Assembly: GCF_947568905.1 (NCBI RefSeq)
Contig: NC_079170.1
Coordinates: 42,966,001-43,030,000, forward strand
Origin: Ostrea edulis
Lineage: Eukaryota
DNA length: 64,000 nucleotides
Direction of reading: 5' to 3'
Below, in pieces: positions 46,290-58,469 of the stretch. The notes under the pieces are model-generated. The model did not search any database and had not been told where the DNA came from. It saw only the letters and a program-made list of their open reading frames with translations. The position numbers were made by a program, and so were the translations under genes. Numbering within the stretch: the stretch's first letter is position 1; the number at the start of each line of letters is the position of its first letter.

Positions 46290-48305
46290 TGTAAAGATTA
46301 GAACATTGAGAGTGTGGCCAACATCAACCCCTAAACACACCATATGTGGAATCAGGTGCCTAGGAGGAGTTAGCACACTCTGTTTACCAGTTACATGCGC
46401 CATGAGCCCTCTATCTCACCAGGTAAACGGAGTAATCCCTAGTCAGAATCAATATGTAAAGAAGCATATAACAATTGGTATGAAACACGTCAGACAGCAT
46501 TTGACCCAATGACACGTTGTATTTGCATATAAGATCATTATACCGACCATAGAAATTGCAAATTGTTAACTTTAAACGAGATTGGATAGGCCTTCACTTA
46601 TTTGCAGTAGCCTATCTCGGTTTAAAAGTGATCATACGTAGAACATGCTCTCGTATTCGGAATCAGTTGAGAGAAATAAACGCATGCAGAAGATTATGGA
46701 ATACTGAAGTCGTGTCATTTGTGATAGAGTTGGAATTTATTGTTTGATCTTAACTTCTGTGTTCAATAAAGTAACCGAATATGAAGTATATCGATATGGA
46801 AAACTCTGATGTCTCTTATTTTGAGTTCACTGGGATATATTGAATCGGCATATGAATGAAAATGAGTATTGTTAATAGACAAACGTCGATATATTGACAA
46901 TAATTGTCAACTTAATTGACAAATACGGGTACATGTAACTTATTACTGCATCATTTTTAAATGAAAGTGGACTCTTGTATATTAAAGCATAAAAAAGAAG
47001 AGGATAACATAGCAAGTTGTACGTTTTGATGTTGTAGATTTTGGAAACGTTTTGTAATTCGAAAGTTACATCGGGATATTTGAGAATCCACATTTGATTT
47101 ACACCACTTCTCGCAAATGTCGTGGCACATACTCTCGAAAGGTTTCTTCACAAATAAGGAGTAAAATAAGGGCTTGGTAGAACATTTGATCGATCCTGTA
47201 ATATATCTTTGTAAGGATAGAAAAAGACCAAAGCTGTTACTTCGTAATAAAAAAAAAACTGAAACGCAGAACAAGCTGTTGTGTATCGATCATCTGAGAG
47301 GTCTAATCACCATATACAGTTGATGATGAAATACAGGAAGCTGACGACGGAGAAGGTGAAAGCACCCCGTTAGTCACAAAGATGAGTTGTTACATGTAGT
47401 AGCAGAAGCAGATGTGGAGGACACTGTTGTATCTTTTATCTCGAGTTTACAGGGATATATCGAATCGACATATGAATGAAAATTATTATTGTTATTAGAT
47501 AAAACGTCGTCGACATGTCTAAATGTTGAGTTGAAGGACATAGCAAGAAATTGTTGTCTTCTCACGCAGAGGCTTTTGAATAAACTCTGCTTTATCAGAA
47601 TATAAAAACAGTTCAGCTAGCAATGGAGCACAATTCGTGCCCACGGGAATTCCAACATACTGTTGGAAGACCTAATCACCAAAGACTAAGAAGATATTAA
47701 ATTCCAGCATATTTTTGTTTTAATCTTAACTTCAGAGTAAGTGTGCGTGGAATCAGAGTGATATTTAACAACGTAATTTTTTTTTATGACTGGTCACTAG
47801 ATACAAATATTTCCTTTTTCCATTTTTGTTGAAGAAGGGACTGTCTATGATGTCAAAAAGTCTTTAATTTCCCACGGTGAATGGTCGTGTAAAGTGATGA
47901 AAAGTCATACGGTTTGATGTTGTTGATTTGAGAAAAGTTTTGCGATTTCACATTTATTAAAAGTTCTTTAGAATGTTTTAGAATCCACATGTGATTTACA
48001 TCACTTCCGGCAGATGTTGTGACACAGTACGTTTGAAGTTTTGTCTTTCAGAGCTGTTAATATTTTCGTGAGGAGCAACGATAGGGGCTTGGTAGAACAT
48101 TTTCTCGAACCCCCAATGTATCTTTCTTCGTAAGGGTATATCTACATAACGTGTTGAACGTAGCCGCACTACATTAACAATAATATATCTACATGAAAGG
48201 TGAAGATAACAGTGATCAATCTCATAACTCCTATAAGCAATACAAACCAGATAGTTGGGCAAACACGGACCGCTAGACACACCAGAGGTGGGACCAGGTG
48301 CTCAG
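46290..48305 (-). mobile_element. Cluster of rearranged Naiad-type PLE fragments (~46290-46860, 46870-47300, 47350-47560, 47960-48150, 48190-48305)
   Basis: Translations RYITGSIKCSTKPL and FNSTFRHVDDVLSNNNNNFHSYVDSIYPCKLEIKDTT match the RT at 59.8-60.5 kb; 3' UTR copies are present. Confidence 0.8.
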
Positions 48306-49501
48306 GGGAGCAAACAACCCATGTCGAAAACGTTTTACATGTACAATGTATATATAACCGTTTCACATTAACAATAGCATATCTACATAAAATTTCATAT
48401 TGATCAAAACTATTGAAACTTTAATACAGAACATGTAATATAAAATTCCACGTCGTATATTGGTGATAAACTTAGGTGATTTTCGACAGCTCCAATCATC
48501 TTGTTTGTCCGTTAGACTATGGAAACTACTCGCCTACATTTGCATCGATAAAAATGCTTAGTGGGTACAGCAATATTTTGGTTGTTACAGAGAATCATTT
48601 TTAATGTTTAAACATAGATACTTTAGATATCGTAATGTTGATTTTATTTTGGAAGGCTTCACTTTAAACTATTCATTGATTATTTTATCAATGCATGTAA
48701 ATGTTCGTGTAGCACCTTTAAAAAGTTAATATGACATCAATATTTTATATCAGGTACCTGCAGAGTGGTGCAAGTAACACGTTCCTTCTTATATTGGTGT
48801 AATTTGTCATCTTATTATCAGTATACATTTACATTAAGTAATTCCTGGTATTGAAATGCAATGCTAAACAACACCAGTGCATTTTAAAACAAGGAATATC
48901 TTTCTAAAAGTAAGGCTAAAGGTATATGTTTTTATATATATTGTTTGGGGTTTTTTCGCTTTATGTAGCTGTAATATGTTTTTAATTCTGTTTCTATTTC
49001 TTCTATTTCTATTTTTGCAGATAATTAATACTTTTACAAAGTGTTTTGCATATTCTTGGTTGTAAACATTATTTTTGAAAACTGGTTTTCAATATCATTT
49101 GCATTAAAGATTCATCCTTTGGCCTACATTAATACAATGCCACCTCTAGCTTTGGTTTTATCAATTTTCCATGGCATCGGGATCATATTTTATGGGTATG
49201 TCGAATAGGACAGTCTCGTTGATAATTTACATGTATTTTAGTGGAAAGTTATTCAATGTTTATCGATTATGAGTGTCACGAGGACTTGCAACAAGAAACG
49301 CTTGATGTAAGTTAAGAAGATTTATTGTTTATTTTTTAGCATTGCATTATTTCAAAACAGATCAAAATGACTTAATGAATTTAGTTCTTACCAGTATTAT
49401 ATCTTGTAATTTCCCATAAAGTAAATGCAAATTTCTTGGGTATCCATCCGTAACATTCTGCCATCCTTAACGTTACTGCCCAACCTTTCATATATATACA
49501 A

Positions 49502-49504
<3 letters not shown>

Positions 49505-49578
<74 letters not shown>
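49505..49578. repeat. Compound (TA)(GA) microsatellite
   Basis: Direct reading. Confidence 0.95.
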
Positions 49579-49581
<3 letters not shown>

Positions 49582-51079
49582 ATGTATATATACATAACTA
49601 CAACTCCTAAAACATCTGTTCTGCGACTTTTACAAATTCTCACTCGCTCAACAAATGCCAAAACTTAGCAATCAACAAACTATATTCACAATGCAATTAC
49701 GTGACACCAAGAACACAACACGGATCCGATGACAATGCATGAATGGATGAATGGAGGAGTAACAAGTGAATAACTGAGTGAAAGTGAAATCAACAGGCTG
49801 AAATGAAATTGATACATGTAACACCTGCCAATTAATGTAAGTGAATGTCACCCTGTAACATGGGCAATGGTGTGTTTCAACGGCCCCCCTTTTCGTACCT
49901 CGATTTGTATTAATCGAAAAATGACAATATCAAAGTGGAAAGCAGCACGTAAATAATTTTGTTTAGACTATTTGTATTGGGGTCAATGACAAGATTTTAA
50001 AAATAATGCAAAATACATCAAGATAAAGATTGATAAAAACATCAAAAGTGGGGATTATTGTTAGTTTTTATGTTTTCTATTTTCAGCATTTTGTTAAAGA
50101 TTAAATCTAAAATTTGTATTCGTTTCCCCATTTTATTACCTACATGTACGGTTTTTTGTTTTTGTTGTTTTTTGGGGGGGGTTTCCAGAGAGATACAAAA
50201 GTTTCTTTAACTTTCACGGTTAGGAGGACTATATCGATCAGTTCTGCTTTACAGAAATTTGCAGTTCTTATCTCTAGAATAGATATTCGTGTTTATTTAT
50301 CTTCCATGGCCCAGAGTTCTCTGTTGAGGAAATTAAAATATCTTACTCTATTTCTATGAGCAACTATATTCACATAATACTCATTTTTATGTAATTCTAC
50401 ATAAGTTAAGACAAACATAAAGTAATATCTGAAATGTACGACCTATTGGTCTGTGTGAAGGGAAGGGTGTGTATTTAGCATTTACTAGGTAGAATTACAG
50501 AAATAACTTCCTCATTCCTGTAAGTCTTGTTAAATGAGCAGAAATTCGTGTATACAGAGAAAACGAACATGTTTGTACAACTGAAGCATTTTGTCAGACT
50601 AATATATTTGCCAACATTGCTCTGGGTGTATCATCCTCACGATGAAGAATGTCAAGATGTTCCTTTGTAGATATTCACATTCTATTCTGATTGGTTCGAT
50701 GTATTTATGTTTGTATTAATTGTGTCTTACTGCTTCTAATAATGTAAGTTTCTGTTTATCGTTCTGGGTGTAAGTTTCTACAGACGCAATGTCGTTGTTT
50801 AACATGGTGCAAGTTTCTGTTTAATTTTTTTTTTTGGTTCGCTGGATATAAGTAAATTATATTGACATGATCTTGTTGTTTTGGATATAAGTAAAATTTT
50901 ATTCACTTGGTCGTGTTGTTCCGGATGTAAGGAACTTCTATTGGCTCGTGCGTTCATGTTCAGGTTGCATTTTTAATGTTTCGATGTTGCAGGTCCCGAA
51001 TTTCTGTAAGTGTGGTCTTGTTTCCCCGGATGTGTGCATCTGTTTTTCTATAGGCTTGGTCTTGTTCATTTATGTAATT

Positions 51080-51480
51080 TTCTATTTCTATAAACCTGGT
51101 ACGTGTATTGTTGATCTGAATGTGTGTAAGTTTCTATAGATTTATTCCTGTTGATCTGGACGTGTATATGCATCTATAGACTCGGTCGTGTTGGTACATA
51201 TGTACGTACGTTTCTATACATGCACTTATTCCTGTTGATCTGGATGTGTATATGCGTCTATAGAGTCGGTCATGTTGTTATTTATGTACATAAGTTTTTA
51301 TAGCCTCGGTTGTGTTAATATGGATGTACGTAAATTTCTGTAGCCTCAGATTCGTTGATATGAGTGTACGTAAGTTTCTGTAGGTCCGGTTTTGTTGATA
51401 TGGGAGTACGTAAGTTTATGTAGCCTCGGTTTTCTAGATATTGGTGTACGTAAGTTTGAATAAGCTTCGATCTTCTCTGT
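51080..51480. repeat. Degenerate ~40-bp minisatellite
   Basis: gtacgtaa at 51326, 51366, 51406 and 51446. Confidence 0.75.
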
Positions 51481-51574
51481 AAATATCTTATGGTTTGATA
51501 TTGTTGATCACACCACATGTACACCCACAGAATTATCAGCACTAAGACATTCATTCCATATATATCAGGCATGT

Positions 51575-52359
51575 ATGGCAACCCATTTTACTATTTATTC
51601 ATAAAATAAGATATCTCTTTAAATTAGAGAGATATCTTTATTGGTTAAAGAGATATCTCTGTAAGTCAGAGAGATATCTTTTTACGCGAGGGAGATATCT
51701 CTTTCGTTTGCAAAATGTTGACCTCCTCATGACATTATTGCATAAAATATTTTCCGTTTTCCGTTTTCCGTTCCATTTTCCGTTCCACGTTTTAGCAACA
51801 CCCCAGCCATCATGGTAAGATTTGCTTTGCCGGGCTTCCGTTTTAGGGAGGAGTAAGTATTCAAAATAATAAAAATATTGGAAAGAAATATCTCTTTCTC
51901 TTTGAGAGATATCTCTTTTTCAACGATTAAAGAGGAATTCTTAGAGATATATCTCTTTAAGTGAAGGAGATATCTCTCAAAGTAAAAGAGATACCTCTCA
52001 GAGTAAAAGAGATATCTCTTTAAGTAAAAGAGATATCTCTCTAAGTGAAAGATATATCTCTTAAGGTATAAGAGATATCTCTCTAAGTGAAAGACATATC
52101 TCTTAAAGTGGAAGAGATATCTCTTTAAGTGTAAGAGATATCTCTCAAAGTAAGATATATATCTCTAAGTGAAAGAGATATATCTCTAAGTGAAAGAGAT
52201 ATCTCTCTAAGTGAACGAGATATCTCTTATTTAGAGAGATACCTCTTAAGATTAAGAGATATATTTCATTTTAAAGAGATATCTCTTTAAAATAAGAGAT
52301 ATCTCTTTAATTTAAAGAGATATCTTATTTTTCGAATAAATAGTGAAAGGGCTTGCCAT
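51575..52359. mobile_element. MITE, 785 bp, with ~60-bp TIRs, 8-bp TSD AGGCATGT and arrays of GAGATATCTC palindromes
   Basis: ATGGCAACCCATTTTACTATTTATTC.. versus reverse complement ATGGCAAGCCCTTTCACTATTTATTC..; TSD at 51567-74 and 52360-67. Confidence 0.75.
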
Positions 52360-52619
52360 AGGCATGTCAAAATTAATTTCAAGTCAATGTTTATAAGGGT
52401 TATTTACAAGCTTATCAATAATTAAATATCAATGAAGTCATCACATTGATGAAATGATGTTTTTTCTTTTGATGAGCTTACATTCTGTCTGTTTTAATGC
52501 TCTACATGGTATGTTGACAAGAACACAAATGAACGGGATTAGATACATTGCATTGGTACATGTACCATTTTTAATTTAAAGGAAATTATAACTTAACGTC
52601 CTTCAAAATTTAGTGATGC

Positions 52620-53160
52620 ATCCTCTGGTGTGTCCAGCGACCATATTTATCCTACTCATCATTTTGAATTCTTTATATGAATTATGAGATTGATCACTGT
52701 TCGTTATGAAAAGAGAAGATAACACACAGTGATCCATCTAATAATCTTAAAAGTTTTTTTTAAAATTGAGAGTAGGACAAACATGGACCCCTGGACACAC
52801 CGGAGGTTGGATCAGGTATCTAAGAGATTACACATCCCCTGTTGACCGATCACACTTACAGTCACCCCTCTATCTTCATCAGGTAAACAAAGAAATTCTC
52901 AGTCGGAATCAGTATGTAAAGAACAGTCTAACAATTGATATAAAATACATCAAACAGCATTCGAATTAACTACAGGTTGTATCGGCAAATAAGATCATTA
53001 TAACGACCATAGAAATTGCGAAATTCTTACTTCAATCGAGACTGTTGAAACCCTGTAACATTAACTTATATATCAGTAGCTTACTTTAATTTAAAGTTTG
53101 ATCATACCCAGAACATGCACTTGCGTACCGAATCATTTAGACACATAAACATCATATGCA
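52620..53160. mobile_element. Two Naiad-type PLE 3' fragments in inverted orientation (+52620-52710, -52715-53160)
   Basis: Both match 60660-61084. Confidence 0.75.
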
Positions 53161-53551
53161 GGTGAAATTTATTTCATCCTAAAAGTGCTCTGTAACTTAT
53201 CTTACCGCTGCAAAATATTTTTAAAAATCAACAAATAGTTTAAAACACATCTTTAAGATCATACTAAAAGCAATGTGAAGCGTCTGACGGGCAGAAAGCC
53301 GTGTTCCGTGTTGGATTGTGTAGTAATCTGTTACTTAAAATAGTTTGAATCAAGACGGACTTGAATGTTGGTCATTACCTTCAGATTATTCTTTTAGTTT
53401 AATTTTTCTCTTTCGGGGATCTGTACGACTTCACTGCAAACACATAACTCAATATAAGATTTTATCTATAGTCAGATAGAAATATTGTACATCCTTGTTC
53501 ATGAATATTTAATGCATCTAAATCGAGAATACTTTCTTGTAGAAAAGAACA

Positions 53552-55244
53552 ATGCAGGAGGAATTTGTATTTAAAAAATGTATTGAACAAAATTGGGGAG
53601 CTTTGAAGTCTGAAGTGAAGATGTCCACTGTTGCCGATTTTCTGATAGAGAAAGGGGCACTAAAGATGGAGGAATGGAGAGATTTGAAATTATCGGAGAT
53701 GAAAGAAGAACAAAGAACGGAAAAGTTCTTGTTTGCTCTTTGTGAGAAAACCATAGATGATTTCCAGATATTCATAGAAGCGCTTCACAATAGCAAATAT
53801 GAGAAATTGGCGTCTAAATTGAAGGATACACGTGGTTTGAAATCAAAGAAACGTAAGGATGCTACACTTCCTCGATTTAAGATATTATGAATGGGTTTGG
53901 AATGGTAGACATGTTAGGGCGTATTAATATTTTGAATTTCTTTCTAACGACTAAATATACTTTTGACAGCATTGATAGAAAGTGTTACGTCATTGTAATT
54001 GTAGATGTAAAAGAAGAAGGAAAGATAAGGAATCTAGAGGTAAGCTGCAATTTAAGCAATTAATTCTTGATATTTCAAATATACGAAAAAATGTAACCTC
54101 TGTGTAAAAAAAACCACCCAAAAAAGCTTATCAAATCCAAGTACAACCATGCGATTTCTTTTGGTTTCATCTTATATACGTCAATGTACGTTTGAATTTC
54201 TACCTCTATGTAATCCATGTGGTGTTATCTTAAATAAACATCTGAATTTGCTGTATCTCTGATTCCTGTACTATTATCCTTATTATCAACTGTTCACGTA
54301 AATCTGGATCTATAAAAGGATATGATTCCTGTAATATTATCCTATCTATGTACTGTTCACGTAAATCTGGATCTATATAAGGATATGATTCCTGCATCCT
54401 AATCCTCTGAAAACGGTGAAGATAACGAACAGTGTGAAGATAACAGTGATCAATCTCATAAAACATAGATTAATAACAGTCATCAATCTCATAAAACCTA
54501 TAGATTAATAACAGTCATCAATCTCATAAAACCTATAGATTAATAACAGTGATCAATCTCATAAAACCTATACATTAATAACAGTGATCAATCTCATAAA
54601 ACCTATACATTAATAACAGTGATCAATCTCATAAAACCTATACATTAATAACAGTGATCAATCTCATAAAACCTATACATTAATAACAGTGATCAATCTC
54701 ATAAAACCTATACATTAATAACAGTGATCAATCTCATAAAACCTATAGATTAATAACAGTGATCAATCTCATAAAACCTATACATTAATAACAGTGATCA
54801 ATCTCATAAAACCTATACATTAATAACAGGGTAAGACAGACCCTCTAGAAACAGCAGACAGGGAATCAGGTGTTTGCATGCAATACATGTACTATTATTT
54901 TGTCTATGTAAGCGTCGTGTTGTACTTCTATGTAGTATCTGTTACTTATCTGGAGCTGTTCCCATGGGGATCCAGGTTAGAATAGGTCCTCAGTAGCCCT
55001 TGCTTGTCGTAAGAGACGACAAAATAGGGCGGCCCTTCGGATAAGACCGCAAAATTCGAGGTCCAGTATCACGGCAGGTGTGAAGATAAAGATCCCTCCC
55101 CGCTCAAAGGCCAAAAGCGCCGAGCATAGGTCTAAATTTTGCAGCCCTTCACCGGCGATGAAGACGTCTCCATATGAGGTTCTCGAGAGAGACACTAAAC
55201 AATATTCAATCAATAAATCAATATCTGGAGCTGTACCTTTGCTA

Positions 55245-55284
<40 letters not shown>

Positions 55285-57371
55285 GCACGCACTGATTTTG
55301 ACTACGGATAACTCCGTTTAGCTGATCAGGATATAGGGGGCTCATGGAGGGTGTGACCGGTCGAGAGAGTATATTTACTCCTTCTAGGCACTTGATCCCA
55401 CCTCTGGTGTGTCTAGGGGTCCGTGGTTGCCCAACTATCTATATTGTATTGCTTATATGAGCTATGAGATTGATCACTGTTCGTTATCTTCACCTTTCAT
55501 GCATAATACATGTATATATCTAATAAATGTATGTGAAAATGTTTCCGGGGGTATCATTTCTGACTTGTGGCTTTGCTAAATCAATAAAATAATGTAACAT
55601 TTTCCTCGATCATGTAAAATTCATAGATTCCCAGAGTTTTCAACAGTCTCGTTTGAAGTCAGCATCTCGCAAATTAATGAACTTATTTGCAAATACAACT
55701 TGTCGTTAGGTCGATATAATACATTGACACTGATGTGTTTCATAGCAATTATTAATCGCTCTTTACACACTAATTTCTTTTCCTCGGCACCTCTCTTCAA
55801 AGAAGATGCATATGACATTTGCAAGTGTTTTGTATTAGAATTCTCGAATCTCTGATTAGTTTTGATATATAAAAAAGCGAATATATTTACAGAAAGCTGT
55901 TATCACGTTGTATTTTTAATATGACTTCACAAGAGAACAAATGAAGGAAAAGAAGTAATCAGGGAAACAGAAATCGGATTTAATGGGGAATTGTGGTTTC
56001 ATTTATTCATTGTTAAGATACGTAAACAACGTATACAACATTACATAATTTGCTTTTTTAAAATAATCATACAAATTGAAAATATTTTTTTATAACTTCA
56101 GAATTTTCTTTTGAGGGCGTGTACTTGTGTACTAAAACATTTGCATAAGGAATTAAGAATTATTGTTAACCAGAATTTCTGTCTTCCACAGAACCGATAA
56201 ATATTCTCTAAGGTGTGCAGGTTTCATACAATTGAAATCAGACAATTTCTGTTGTCTGTATATATTACATGAACTCTTTAGATAAAAATATCGTATATCG
56301 GGTAGTTTTGGTTAGGGGGATATCAGTGAGTTTTGCTCATAAAGGTAACTTGAAATTTTAGCACTTTGATATTTGGCGCGATTTTATATAAGAAGTGCAT
56401 CATTTATATTTATATAGTTTTTAGCGCTTTTGTTTATTTATTTTTGGCGATATGTTTTATCAAGCAAAATATCTAACATATCTAGCGCGCAAAAACTACC
56501 CGATATACGGTATATACTGAGCTGATTTTTTTCTTTTAAAAATGTTTTGTTTGTTTAGGATATGCTCCAAGTAGAACAAATACAAGCTCAATTTCCAGTA
56601 GACAGCCAGAAAAGTGAAAAATCTAGCAAAGCTGAAGAATCCGAACTGGTTATCGTTTTGCAATCCATGCGTGATAATCAAGCAAAGATGGCAAATGTCA
56701 TAGAAACAATGGATACGAACTTTCGAGCGGAACAGAGAAGAATGACATCTGCCATAGATACGATGGATACGCACGTGCAAAGTATGAAACTAGAAATGGG
56801 AACATTAAGGGAAGACATAAGGAGCAAGGGACAGGAACATATCCAGCTAATTGAAGAAAACAAAAGACTTAACTCTAAAATAGAAGAACAAAGAAAAGAA
56901 ATTGAGGCTACATATTTAAAATTAGAGCGAGTGTTAGAGTCACAGGAACGCGACCAAATAAAGAGCGAAGAATTATCCAAGAAATACAAAGAGTTACAAA
57001 AGGCTAAAGATAAAATAGATAATGACCATAAAAGAATATTTGAAAATGTAGGGTCGTTTGAAACAAAATTTTCGGAATTGATGGGGAAGGAAATTTCATT
57101 TGAAAACACATTGGTTCATTTGGAAATTCATTTGAGAAAAGAACAGAGGAATAAAGCCTCTCTAGTGAAGGAACTGGAAGAAAAGAAGCAAATGTCCCAA
57201 GATGTAGAACAACTGAAAAGGGAAATTGAAAAATTGAAAACGCAAGAGCAGGAGATGAGAAGAAATAAAGAAGGAATGGAGAAAAAGATGCAGGATCTAA
57301 CAAAAGAAAAAAATGCTCTAAAATTCCAATATGACATTCTTCATGTGAAATATAATCGAGATAAAAAATAA
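53552..57371 (+). CDS. CARD-like death-fold plus long coiled-coil protein, 3 coding exons, ~382 aa
   Basis: Exons 53552-53852, 54005-54039 and 56559-57371 with phases 1,0. The N-terminal ~95 aa (VADFLIEKGAL..EEW..L....FL..L......F..F..AL...Y..LA..L) fit a CARD/death-fold pattern. The C-terminal ~200 aa are E/K/Q-rich heptads. Confidence 0.72.
54260..54390. repeat. 2 x ~66-bp tandem duplication
   Basis: tgattcctgta...ctgttcacgtaaatctggatctata occurs twice. Confidence 0.8.
54412..54880 (-). repeat. PLE 3'-terminal fragment whose terminal 35 bp are amplified ~11 times (54440-54830)
   Basis: Unit AATAACAGTGATCAATCTCATAAAACCTATACATT resembles the PLE end gataacgaacagtgatcaatctcataactcctataagcaat. 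Confidence 0.85.
54961..55221 (+). mobile_element. SINE-like element copy 4, with 13-bp TSD
   Basis: TSD TATCTGGAGCTGT at 54947-59 and 55222-34; starts CCCATGGGGATCC; tail caatcaataaatcaa. Confidence 0.85.
55247..55790. mobile_element. (CA)n tract fused to a PLE 3' UTR fragment (+55290-55498), then an inverted RT fragment (-55620-55790)
   Basis: cacacacgcacgcacgcactgattttgact runs directly into sequence matching 60878-61084. Confidence 0.75.
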
Positions 57372-58059
57372 AAACATGGTTGTTCCTTTTCACAAACATT
57401 GAAAATTGGGGGGGGGTTGAACTTTATTTACAACTACTAGTGTTCCATAATAACCATTTAGAGTTTCGTTTTCGGGGAGCAATGTTCGTGATCAAGCGTA
57501 AAATAGGCTTTACAACGCCTGAAAACTCTGAAAAACTGCTTCTTCATAACACATTGCATTGGGGAAGACGTTCCTCTAAACGCAGTTTTGTTTTTTCTGC
57601 TTTTTTTCATGTTTTTTCATCCGCAAATAAGACATTTCTGTTATAATTCATGATAAAATACAAAGACAATTACTGAGCAATCTTTTCATATAAGTAGTAT
57701 AGTAAGATCTGTTTTAATACGTTGTTCCATAGATGTGTATGTGTGTATCAGTTATCCTCTGTTTGAATTAGTAAAATTAGTAAAGTAGTCTAGACAAGAT
57801 ACATTTTATGTATGCAAAATTCTATACATTTCTACATCTACATGTATATGTGTAGGTGTATTGGGTAACGGAATAAAAACAAGCATCTTCTTTCAATTGT
57901 CTTATTTGCATTACCCATTATATAAATGTAAAAAATATTCATTATGTGATTTTCTAAACTTATTTACAATGAATTTGTAGATATACTTATAACCATTCAT
58001 TCATCCACTCATACATGTCGGAAGTAGCTGTAATTTGAACAAAGAATAACTATTGAGGT

Positions 58060-58395
58060 TGCTTGAGGAAAGGTGGAAATAACGAACAGTGATCAATCTC
58101 ATAACTCCTATCAACATTACAAAATAGATAGTTGGGCAAACACGGACCCCGGACACAACAGAGTGGGAACAGGTGCCTAGAAGGAGAATTCATCCCCTGT
58201 TGACCGTGAGCCCAATATCTTGATCAGGTAAACAAAGTAATCCGTAGTCAAAGACAGTGTGTCATGGACGCCCTAACATTCGGTGTGAAACACGTCAGAC
58301 AGCATTTAATCCATTGATGGGTTATATTGGCAAATTAGATCGCTTTAACGACTATATAATTTGCAAAATGCTGACTCTAAACGAGACTGTTTAAA
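58060..58395 (-). mobile_element. Diverged PLE 3' fragment inverted next to the 5' end of the large copy
   Basis: Reverse complement of ~60760-61084 with many substitutions. Confidence 0.75.
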
Positions 58396-58469
58396 TATGT
58401 TACAATGAATATCAGCACAGGTTGTAAAACACTGACATTATTAAAATGAGTTCAAATTTATTGTTCTGC

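Noticed and set aside
54961-55040. HDV-like or hammerhead ribozyme at the SINE 5' end
   Set aside because: Manual folding gave partial resemblance (UCCUC loop, GCGA) but no valid P3/P1.1, and there is no CUGAUGA..GAAA core. A canonical ribozyme is not supported.
56678-57399. Minus-strand ORFs opposite the coiled-coil exon
   Set aside because: They are shadow frames of the E/K-rich plus-strand coding sequence.
58060-58395. Inverted 5' pseudo-LTR formed in the same event as the large PLE
   Set aside because: It is clearly more diverged than the large copy's own 3' end and separated by ~75 bp of unrelated sequence, so it is more likely an older independent fragment.
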